In this document: in pieces, positions 9,473 through 17,026 of the stretch
Numbering within the stretch: the stretch's first letter is position 1
How the letters are laid out: each line of letters starts with the position of its first letter
Assembly (NCBI GenBank): GCA_050014695.1
Contig: JBEKCV010000010.1
Span: 8,619 to 72,618, forward strand
Reading direction: 5' to 3'
Length of the DNA stretch: 64,000 nt
Source: Thermodesulfovibrionales bacterium
GTDB lineage: Bacteria > Nitrospirota > Thermodesulfovibrionia > Thermodesulfovibrionales > UBA9159
Translations under genes and position numbers: made by a program
Notes under the pieces: model-generated
What the model saw: the letters and a program-made list of their open reading frames with translations, nothing else
Databases searched by the model: none
Told to the model about the DNA's origin: nothing

Positions 9473-10050
9473 CCCTCCTCCTGAATGCATTAGCAAAATA
9501 CTGAGGATTGTACGTGTTGTCTTGCCGTACGTTGATGCATACGTCGTGCCAATCTCTCTGATGAAGAAAAGAGCTTGATTAACAAGCACTATTTGCCCTT
9601 AGTTAGCAAGGAGAGTTTGGATTACTCTGGGAAGAAAGTCGCGCAGGATATGCAGAAAGTTCAGTGAAGATGTGCTCACCGAAATCGAGGTTAAGGCGGA
9701 GAAACGGGTTCAAAACGAAGATAAAACAGAATGTTGTCTTTGGAGGGTTTGGGAGTAACCAGTTGATGACCTGCTGTAACTCTCTTATCATGACAATGAG
9801 GTGGCCGAGGCAGTTTGTTTTCATGAATTTTTAGGAGGCGGACACCCTGCGCTCTTGGCGCTGGGCTGTTGACGAACACTGATTGTATGATTCATGAAAA
9901 AGAAACGGCATCGGGTCGCATGGAAGGAAACTGATTTTCTCGAATCGACAACTGACACGGCCTAATCATTTCGAGCGGTTTATCAGGGGTGATCCTGAGG
10001 TGAACATTTTCAGTGGAATGTACTCAGAGTTGCGAGGGTAAACCATGTTG

Positions 10051-10479
10051 TTACATCTTCCATATGAAACAATGTTCTGGCTGGCAGTTCTCAATCAGCC
10101 TCTTTGAGTTTGCCCTCAAGGCAAACTCATCCATGATCGTATTTTCCATCATTTTAAAACTGAAAGGTTTTTCCAAACATTTGGGCACACCCAGCGCGCG
10201 AAGTCTCTCTTTCGCTTCAGACGTGTAGCTTCCGGTCATCGCAATTGCCGGAATGTCCGGGTAGTTTTTAGTGGTGTATGCCAGGAGTTTATAGCCGTCC
10301 ATCACCGGCATCTGAAGGTCAGTGACAATGAAGTCCACCTGAACGGATTTCAGGATTTCGAGTGCTTCCGATCCATTTTCTGCCGTCAGGATTTTCCAAC
10401 TTGCGGCTGATATACTAAGCCAGTCGGCTAAGGCACGAAGAAAGCTCTCAGCGTCGTCTACAACTAAAATATTCTTCAA
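10051..10479 (-). CDS. single-domain response regulator (receiver only)
   Basis: 'ILVVDDAE', 'DFIVTDLQMPVMDG', 'AMTGS'. I place the start at the TTG preceded by 'ggcggaggttaca'. The track start at 10551 has no SD. Confidence 0.8.
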   Translation of the reverse strand: MKNILVVDDAESFLRALADWLSISAASWKILTAENGSEALEILKSVQVDFIVTDLQMPVMDGYKLLAYTTKNYPDIPAIAMTGSYTSEAKERLRALGVPKCLEKPFSFKMMENTIMDEFALRANSKRLIENCQPEHCFIWKM

Positions 10480-10498
10480 TGTAACCTCCGCCTGTCGG

Positions 10499-10681
10499 TC
10501 AATCTGCTCCGAATTCACTGTCAAGATGCGCACGTTCCGATCTGGATACATTAAGATAGAAAGGACATTGTTCGAAACCCTGGTTTGTGCAATATTTTGT
10601 CACCGGGTAAGAATCGAGGACAAAACCTCCTGAAGAACACCATGTTATAATCCATCGCCTCAAATAGCAGCAGTCCATCAT
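10499..10681 (-). CDS. possible Cys-rich mini-protein (60 aa)
   Basis: 'MMDCCYLRRWIITWCSSGG...YCTNQGFEQCPFY'. It ends 19 nt before the receiver gene. No clear SD, so weak. Confidence 0.3.
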   Translation of the reverse strand: MMDCCYLRRWIITWCSSGGFVLDSYPVTKYCTNQGFEQCPFYLNVSRSERAHLDSEFGAD

Positions 10682-11195
10682 GTCACCCGGGAAAAAGGTA
10701 GATTTACTCGGCTGTTTACTTCCTAATCTGTTAGCAAAGGTAATGCCAAACAGCTTACGCAGAGGGTCGGCATTTCCTCTGATCAAATCCTCCTGGATTA
10801 ATCAAAAGATTGGCCACTCATTGTCGGTCGTTACCACTTGGGCCTACATGGCCCATCTGACCAGTAATTTCGGTATATCAGATCGGGAGACAGGCAAATG
10901 TCTTTGTTAACGGCTGTAAAAAGTTAAACAAGGCATTATCCTTAACAAGTAAGTACTTATATTCATATCTGGTTAGTTTGGTCAGAAATTAGATTTCCTT
11001 TGCTTAGTAACGTGTTTTTTTAACGGAGGAAGAGAGTACTGTGCGGAAAACCGCAGAGAGTATGCAAAAAGTATATAGTCGAACATAGCATGGTTAGATC
11101 ATGCTTAAGATATCGTGGCTCTCGCAAACAAAAGGGTGAGACACAGACAAACATCGATGTAATCCGGCGCGTCAGGTGCGCAGTATTGCTACCTG

Positions 11196-12566
11196 TCAGC
11201 TTCGGTCGATACAGATATCTTGAGAGGTATCGATTCCGTATTCTCTTATCTTTTCGAAAAGGGTTCTGTAACTGATATTGAGGACTTCTGCTGTTTTCGT
11301 CTTGTTGCCCCTGCTTTTTCCAAGGGCGTCAAGGATCATCCTTCTTTCAAGTTCCTTCACTGCGTCCTTGAGGTGCAGAGAGGAAGACGCACGTGTCTCG
11401 GATTGTTCATTCATCAAGAAGTCGATGCATCCTTCATCGATGGTATCCTTATCTGTCATGAGCACGGCTCTTCTCATGACATTCTTCAATTCTCGTATGT
11501 TGCCTGGCCATGAATGCTTCGTCAATCTGGCGATCGCATTTGAAGTCATTTCCTTGATCTGTTTATTCAGCTCTGCGCAGGCCTCAAAGATGAATTTCTG
11601 AGCAAAGAGCTGGATGTCTTCGCCCCGTTCTCGCAGGGGAGGGAGGCTGATAATAAATTCACCGAGGCGGTAAAAAAGGTCTTCCCTGAATTCCTTCTTG
11701 AGCACGCTCTGCTTAATGTCGCTATTCGTTGCAGAAAGAATGCGGACATCTATATCGACGGGGTTCGTATCGCCGAGAGGATAGACCTTTTTTTTCTCGA
11801 TAACCGTAAGGAGCTTGCTCTGTATGAGGGGAGACATATTCTCGAGCTCATCGAGGAAGATGGTACCGAGATGGGCCGTTTCAAAATAGCCGATCTTATC
11901 CTTTTGCGCTCCGGTAAATGATCCTTTCTTATAGCCAAAGAGTTCGCTCTCAATAAGATTATCGGGTATCAAACCAATGTCGACGCTCACGAAAGGCTTT
12001 GACGCCCGTTTGCTCATATTCTGTATTGCAGAGGCGACAACCGATTTTCCTGTGCCTGTTTCACCTTGAATAATCACCGAAAAATCAGTCTCTGCAACCT
12101 GGCGAACCTCTTTTATGACCTTTCTGATGGCGGGGCTTTTCCCCAGCAGGTGCTCAAGGGAGGACTCAAGGGCTGAACTGACCTTTGTGATCTCCGCTTC
12201 CAAGGTTAGCCTTTCAATCGCCCTCTTCAGGGTGATAATGAGTCTTTCAAATTCTGGTGGCTTGACAGAAAAATCATATGCTCCGTTCTTTATCGCCTCA
12301 ACCGCGGTTGGGATGTCCCCATGCGCCGTAAGGATGATAATGGGAACATGACTGTCGATTTTCTTGAGTTCCTTCAACGTCTCCAGACCATTCATCCGCG
12401 GCATCTGCAGATCAAGAAGCACGGCTTGGGGTCGGTCGGCTTTAAAGACTTCTATTGCTCTGATTCCGTCTGAAGCCTCCGCAGGTGAGAAACCTTCATC
12501 ACTCAATACCTCTTTCACGATACCCCTCAAATCTTCATCATCGTCTACGATCAATACCTTTGCCAT
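11196..12566 (-). CDS. sigma54-dependent response regulator (REC + AAA+ + Fis-type HTH; NtrC family)
   Basis: 'VLIVDDDEDL', 'DLQMPRMNG', Walker A 'GETGTGKS', 'ESELFGYKKGSFTGA' (GAFTGA variant), 'FREDLFYRL', C-terminal HTH 'KTKTAEVLNISYRTLFEKI'. Confidence 0.9.
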   Translation of the reverse strand: MAKVLIVDDDEDLRGIVKEVLSDEGFSPAEASDGIRAIEVFKADRPQAVLLDLQMPRMNGLETLKELKKIDSHVPIIILTAHGDIPTAVEAIKNGAYDFSVKPPEFERLIITLKRAIERLTLEAEITKVSSALESSLEHLLGKSPAIRKVIKEVRQVAETDFSVIIQGETGTGKSVVASAIQNMSKRASKPFVSVDIGLIPDNLIESELFGYKKGSFTGAQKDKIGYFETAHLGTIFLDELENMSPLIQSKLLTVIEKKKVYPLGDTNPVDIDVRILSATNSDIKQSVLKKEFREDLFYRLGEFIISLPPLRERGEDIQLFAQKFIFEACAELNKQIKEMTSNAIARLTKHSWPGNIRELKNVMRRAVLMTDKDTIDEGCIDFLMNEQSETRASSSLHLKDAVKELERRMILDALGKSRGNKTKTAEVLNISYRTLFEKIREYGIDTSQDICIDRS

Positions 12567-12591
12567 CTGCTTATTTTCTCCTCTCTGGCTG

Positions 12592-14214
12592 TTAATCTAG
12601 TCCAATAACCTGCTTTTTGTGGTCGCTCAGAAGCAAAGGGAAATAAATCATGAATTCCGTACCCTTGCCTGCCTCTGTTGTAAGATCGATGAACCCTTTG
12701 TGTTGCTCCACTATCCCAAAGACAATGGAAAGCCCGAGCCCAGTGCCTTTACCAGGCTCTTTGGTCGTAAAAAAAGGCTCAAAGATTTTGTCGTGAGTCT
12801 TGTCATCCATACCTGTGCCCGTATCGCTTACAGAAATCCGTACGTATCTGCCTGGTTTTGTGAACAAACTGCCTCCCGGATGTTCTTCATCCATGAAAAC
12901 AAAATCGGTCTTAATCGTAAGGAGCCCTCCTACAGGCATCGCGTCCCGTGCATTTGTGCAGAGGTTCATCAAGACCTGATCTATCTGGAGTGGATCGGCC
13001 AGCACGACAGACGGTTCATCACAGAGCAAGGTCTTTATCTCCACGGCCTCTCCTGCAAGATTCTTGAGCATAGGTATTAATTTCCTAATAACCTTATTAA
13101 TATCTACGGGGCTAAGATGACTGATCTGTGTTCTACTGAACGTGAGGAGTCCGTGAACGAGACCTCTCATCTTGGATAACGACTTCTGCATCTGTTCCGT
13201 ATACTGCATCAGGGAGATGTTCTCTGTCAATTTCTTCTTCAAGACAAAGAGAGAACCCTCGACGGTCGTCAGGATATTGTTAAAATCATGGGCGATGCCT
13301 CTGGCGAGTCTTCCCACCGCCTCCATCTTCTCGGCGCGTCTGAGTTTTTCTTCGATCAGAAGTTTTTCCTCTTCCCTTTTTCTCATGTCTTCTGTCATGG
13401 CATTGAAGGCCTCAGCGAGTTTTCCGATTTCGTCGCTGGACTCAACGGGGATCTTTTCAGAGGATATTCCTTTCCCGAGTAGCCTTACCGTTTCGGTCAG
13501 GCGGACGAGGGGTTTTGTGACCCGCCTCAAAATCGTGTAGATAACAATAACGCCCAAAAAGACAAAGAGGGCCGCAATGAGAACATTTCTGAGAAAGACT
13601 TCTCGTACCTCTTTCCGAATGACTTTTCTGTCCAGGGTAATTTTCACATATCCGATAACCTGTTCCGATTTTTTGGTTTTGCCGACATCAAAATAGAGCG
13701 CTTCTCCCATGGAAGTGGCTGCCTCGATGGTTACGGGTTTATAGACGTTTATGGTGTTCTTATCACTAGTTACTTCCCATGACAAACTGTCACGAAGTTT
13801 CGCAGCGATCTCCTGATCCTTCCGGGTGAGCGCCATCGGCATCACCTCCCGGGAAAGCGTTTTCTGCTCCCCAATGAGCTGCCTGTTGTCAATAGTGCAG
13901 ATCTCCACCGCCTGAACCTCCTCCTGGGCCAGTACCCCGTCTACAGCATCCCTCAGACTGTCCCTGTTCTCCGCGAATACCCCGGTCCTCGAACTGGAAG
14001 CGAGGAGTTTGGCGAGAAGCTCACCCTTCCTGAGCAGGTTTTGCTCGACCTCTCTGGACTGAGAGTAAACGGAGAAGAACGTAAATGCTGATGAGACCAG
14101 GACGATGAAGGACACAAAGGCCCGAAAGATCCTCGTGCGGAAGCTCTCTCGAGCAGTCATAAAAAACACAAATTTATTGGAAAATCTCTTACTGAACCAC
14201 ATATGCCTTCTCAA
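12592..14214 (-). CDS. sensor histidine kinase (2 TM, periplasmic domain, HAMP, HisKA, HATPase_c)
   Basis: HAMP 'ITKPLVRLTETV...EIGKLAEAFNAM', H-box 'ARGIAHDFNNIL', N-box 'NLCTNARDAM', G-boxes 'DTGTGM' and 'GTGLGLS'. Start uncertain (14214, 14202 or 14160). Confidence 0.9.
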   Translation of the reverse strand: MRRHMWFSKRFSNKFVFFMTARESFRTRIFRAFVSFIVLVSSAFTFFSVYSQSREVEQNLLRKGELLAKLLASSSRTGVFAENRDSLRDAVDGVLAQEEVQAVEICTIDNRQLIGEQKTLSREVMPMALTRKDQEIAAKLRDSLSWEVTSDKNTINVYKPVTIEAATSMGEALYFDVGKTKKSEQVIGYVKITLDRKVIRKEVREVFLRNVLIAALFVFLGVIVIYTILRRVTKPLVRLTETVRLLGKGISSEKIPVESSDEIGKLAEAFNAMTEDMRKREEEKLLIEEKLRRAEKMEAVGRLARGIAHDFNNILTTVEGSLFVLKKKLTENISLMQYTEQMQKSLSKMRGLVHGLLTFSRTQISHLSPVDINKVIRKLIPMLKNLAGEAVEIKTLLCDEPSVVLADPLQIDQVLMNLCTNARDAMPVGGLLTIKTDFVFMDEEHPGGSLFTKPGRYVRISVSDTGTGMDDKTHDKIFEPFFTTKEPGKGTGLGLSIVFGIVEQHKGFIDLTTEAGKGTEFMIYFPLLLSDHKKQVIGLD

Positions 14215-15127
14215 GGATGGTTTTGCTAATGTCTATTCCGAGTTTCCGAGCTATTTTCCTGTTAATGGTCAGCACTGTTTTCCGTGGAGCGACCGGTGCG
14301 GCAATGCCTCCCTTTTTTTGGTCGAGGAGCCTCTTCATGATCTCTCCAGCCTGAACTCCAAGATCCACGGGATCGATGTTCAGTGCAGCGAGCGCTCCCA
14401 TTTCTACATATTTAGTCGCAAAAGCAAAGATCGGTATTTTATTTTGGAACGAAAAAAGGAGAAGGGAATTGACCGTTTCGGCGTTTATGACTGTCGTATC
14501 AGGGAGCATCCAGAACACATCGATCTTGTCCTGCATGCTCTCTATGAGCGACGGCACGTCGCCAGGCTTGCTGGCCTTCTTCGGGATAAGGATAATTCCC
14601 TTGGCTAGAGCACTCTGGCTTGCTTCCCTGACAAATGATTCAGCGTTTTGGGGGTCATAGATGATGCCGATTCGTTTTGCAGTGGGTACGAGTTGGAGGA
14701 TTGTGTCGAGTTGTTTCTCCGGCGAAACAGTCATGCTCACGCCGTAGATGTTTTGCCTGCCTGTCACGGAAGATGGCAAGTGCGGCACCATTGTGAATAC
14801 AACGGGGATGTCCTTGATCGACTGAGCACCCTGGAAGGCATCCATCCCGATGGCGAGGACGGCGTCAGGATGTAACTGAGCGATACTCTTGGGCAGAGCA
14901 GCGGGATCCGATTCCTGGTAGGGTATCTCTGTGATCGAGCAACCGCACGAACTTTTGAATCCCGACAGTGCATCATTGTAAGGCTTGATATCGGCGCTCT
15001 TTATCACCGCAACATCATGGCCCTCTGAGATGATGGGGTGCAATACGGATATGAAAACGGCTATTAAGGCAAAAATAGAGCGCAACACGATCTTGCCCCC
15101 TTCGACTGGAGTGGAAACGTTTCCCAT
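14189..15127 (-). CDS. periplasmic substrate-binding protein, PF04392 (ABC_sub_bind) type, with no cognate permease or ATPase
   Basis: Signal or TM segment, then 'RIGIIYDPQNAES', 'IDVFWMLPDTTV', 'KIPIFAFATKYVEMGALAAL', 'TINRKIARKLGIDI'. Overlaps the kinase start by 26 nt. Confidence 0.8.
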   Translation of the reverse strand: MGNVSTPVEGGKIVLRSIFALIAVFISVLHPIISEGHDVAVIKSADIKPYNDALSGFKSSCGCSITEIPYQESDPAALPKSIAQLHPDAVLAIGMDAFQGAQSIKDIPVVFTMVPHLPSSVTGRQNIYGVSMTVSPEKQLDTILQLVPTAKRIGIIYDPQNAESFVREASQSALAKGIILIPKKASKPGDVPSLIESMQDKIDVFWMLPDTTVINAETVNSLLLFSFQNKIPIFAFATKYVEMGALAALNIDPVDLGVQAGEIMKRLLDQKKGGIAAPVAPRKTVLTINRKIARKLGIDISKTILEKAYVVQ

Positions 15128-15147
15128 CGAAGAAAGGTAAGCAAGAT

Positions 15148-16464
15148 CTATGCCTGCCCCTTTGTGTTATATTTGATGTCCTGCAGGACGAAGGCTTCAA
15201 AGGTGGCATCAAAGAGGGGCTTACGACAGTCAACCCCTTCCATAGTCCCGTCACTGATGATTTTCATGTATCTGCAGCCGCCGAAGCAAAGAGGAAGGTA
15301 ACTGCAGTCGAGACACTTTTTGTTTTTATAGCTGTCCAGGTTATGGGTCTGCCTGTAATCCTTTATTCCCATCTTGAGATCCCCGATGCAGAAGCCTTTC
15401 CTGCCGATGAGCCCGGGGCACTTGTAAAGGGTGCCGTCATGGTTAACGATTACATTTTCGGTTTGCTGCACACCGCATGCCTGAGGCATGACCTTCTGCG
15501 CTCGATAACCTCTCTTAAGGACCTCTTCCCTCAGAAAGATCCCTGCCTTAGAAATCCAGCGCTCGTTCATCGATGCGCAACCATCATGACAATGAGGAGG
15601 CCGGAACTCAGAGCTTTCCAAAAATACAGGATCAAATGATACATCAGCGATCTTCTCAGGTGTCAGGCCGTTCTGCATCATATGGTCGAGGAGAGAGGGA
15701 AATTCTGCATAGTTTTTCCGCGTGAAGTTCCCTCCCATATGGACTTCCACCAACTCACAGACTTGCCTAACATTCTTAAAGATTGCGTCAAAGCTTCCCT
15801 TGCCCGATTTGAAAGGCCTGGACCGATCATGAACATCCTGAGGCCCGTCTAAGGTGATGCTTGCGCTCTTTAGTCCGAGAGGCTTCAGTTGTTCTACTGT
15901 CTTAGGAGTGAGGAGCGTACCATTCGTTGTTAAGGAAAAACTGTAGCTCACGCTATTTTCTTGAGCAAATTTCTTCAGTTTCCCCGATAAATAAAGGATA
16001 AGCTCTTTGCTCAGAAGAGGCTCTCCGCCATAAAAGCGGACGCTAATTGCTTTGAAGGAATCTCCTTTGATCCCTCTTGCTATTTTTTTCTTCACAAACT
16101 CATAAAAAGAATCCGCCGTCTCCCGGGTCATGTAAAACCTGCCTTTTCTCTTTCCCTCAAAACAGTAACTACATGCAAGATTACAGTCAAGGTTCATAAC
16201 GACTGTAGCATTGAAGACCCTATTGCGAGCGCCGAGTTTCCGCAAGAAATTACGCATCCTGTTTTTCTCATGCTCGATACTTGTCACCAGGAAGCCGAGT
16301 TTTCGTAATGTCCTCTCTTCGTTGACTGTTATGTCGCCTCTCTCGATCTCTTTGATAACAGACTTCGGGATTTGGATTATGGAGGCGCGCTTCGTCGAAA
16401 AGACAATGAGAGAGTCAGAGTCTTCCGGGAGGGGAAACACCTTTGTGTATTGGGAGAGAATCAT
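15148..16464 (-). CDS. radical SAM / SPASM-domain enzyme with ~90-aa N-terminal extension (peptide-maturase architecture)
   Basis: CX3CX2C 'CNLACSYC' near residue 93, 'GGEPLL', and SPASM cysteines 'ACGV...YKCPG...CLDCSYLPLCFGGCRY...DCRK'. SD 'gaaaggagatct' precedes the ATG. Confidence 0.9.
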   Translation of the reverse strand: MILSQYTKVFPLPEDSDSLIVFSTKRASIIQIPKSVIKEIERGDITVNEERTLRKLGFLVTSIEHEKNRMRNFLRKLGARNRVFNATVVMNLDCNLACSYCFEGKRKGRFYMTRETADSFYEFVKKKIARGIKGDSFKAISVRFYGGEPLLSKELILYLSGKLKKFAQENSVSYSFSLTTNGTLLTPKTVEQLKPLGLKSASITLDGPQDVHDRSRPFKSGKGSFDAIFKNVRQVCELVEVHMGGNFTRKNYAEFPSLLDHMMQNGLTPEKIADVSFDPVFLESSEFRPPHCHDGCASMNERWISKAGIFLREEVLKRGYRAQKVMPQACGVQQTENVIVNHDGTLYKCPGLIGRKGFCIGDLKMGIKDYRQTHNLDSYKNKKCLDCSYLPLCFGGCRYMKIISDGTMEGVDCRKPLFDATFEAFVLQDIKYNTKGQA

Positions 16465-16688
16465 AGATCTCCTTTCGATAGATATTATGAGACGGGCGCT
16501 CTTTTATTTTTTCCTAAAAGATTCCCACCGCGAGAGGGCTGAGCACGAGAGAACGCGAATTATCTGGTCCTCGTCGTGCTCATTAGCTCATGTACTTCTT
16601 GATGGGGGCTGGTATTCTCAAACTCCCTTTTAGCAAAGGCGACCACGGCCCCTTCTCAGCATTCTTGAGATTACCTATACCAATTTCA

Positions 16689-16946
16689 TCACTTCAGCGG
16701 ACCAGCCGGCCAATTGAAGCAATGCGCCATCACCTGCATGCTTTTTTCACTAATACCTGGTGCGATTATGGTGATACTGTTTTTCCCTAGTTTCACCTGG
16801 TGTTTACCGGTCCCCTGGATAGAAATTGCGATATGGCTGTGCTCAGTAGTAATACCCGTGACTCCTATCTCTGGGTTGCATGCGCCTTTGTCCTTGAGTG
16901 CCTTCGTTTTTCCCCCCCCACTGCTGAGATCTGTGCGTTTCGGCAT
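16689..16946 (-). CDS. hypothetical 85-aa protein (candidate substrate/precursor or gene remnant)
   Basis: The ATG is preceded by 'ggggagggaaat'. It lies between the TonB receptor and the rSAM gene on the same strand. No recognisable family. The longer form starting at 17012 lacks an SD. Confidence 0.35.
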   Translation of the reverse strand: MPKRTDLSSGGGKTKALKDKGACNPEIGVTGITTEHSHIAISIQGTGKHQVKLGKNSITIIAPGISEKSMQVMAHCFNWPAGPLK

Positions 16947-16970
16947 ATTTCCCTCCCCACTGCTGAGATC
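16916..16970 (-). repeat. perfect 16-bp direct repeat (minus-strand GATCTCAGCAGTGGGG) at 39-bp periodicity spanning the SD and start of the 85-aa ORF
   Basis: The plus strand reads 'ccccactgctgagatc' at 16916-16931 and again at 16955-16970. The similarity extends to about 27 nt (GATCTCAGCAGTGGGGAGGGAAATATG versus GATCTCAGCAGTGGGGGGGGAAAAACG). Confidence 0.8.
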
Positions 16971-17026
16971 GTCCCTCTGAAAGAGGTTGACAAAATCTTC
17001 TCCATATAACATTTTTCATAGAAGAC

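Noticed and set aside
16465-16688. Micro-ORFs in the rSAM leader as alternative precursor peptides: MLRRGRGRLC, MSTTRTR and a 12-codon TTG ORF.
   Set aside because: They are 7-12 codons long, have no SD at proper spacing and no Cys/aromatic-rich core. The region more likely folds, as shown by the 8-bp stem GAGCACGA/TCGTGCTC.
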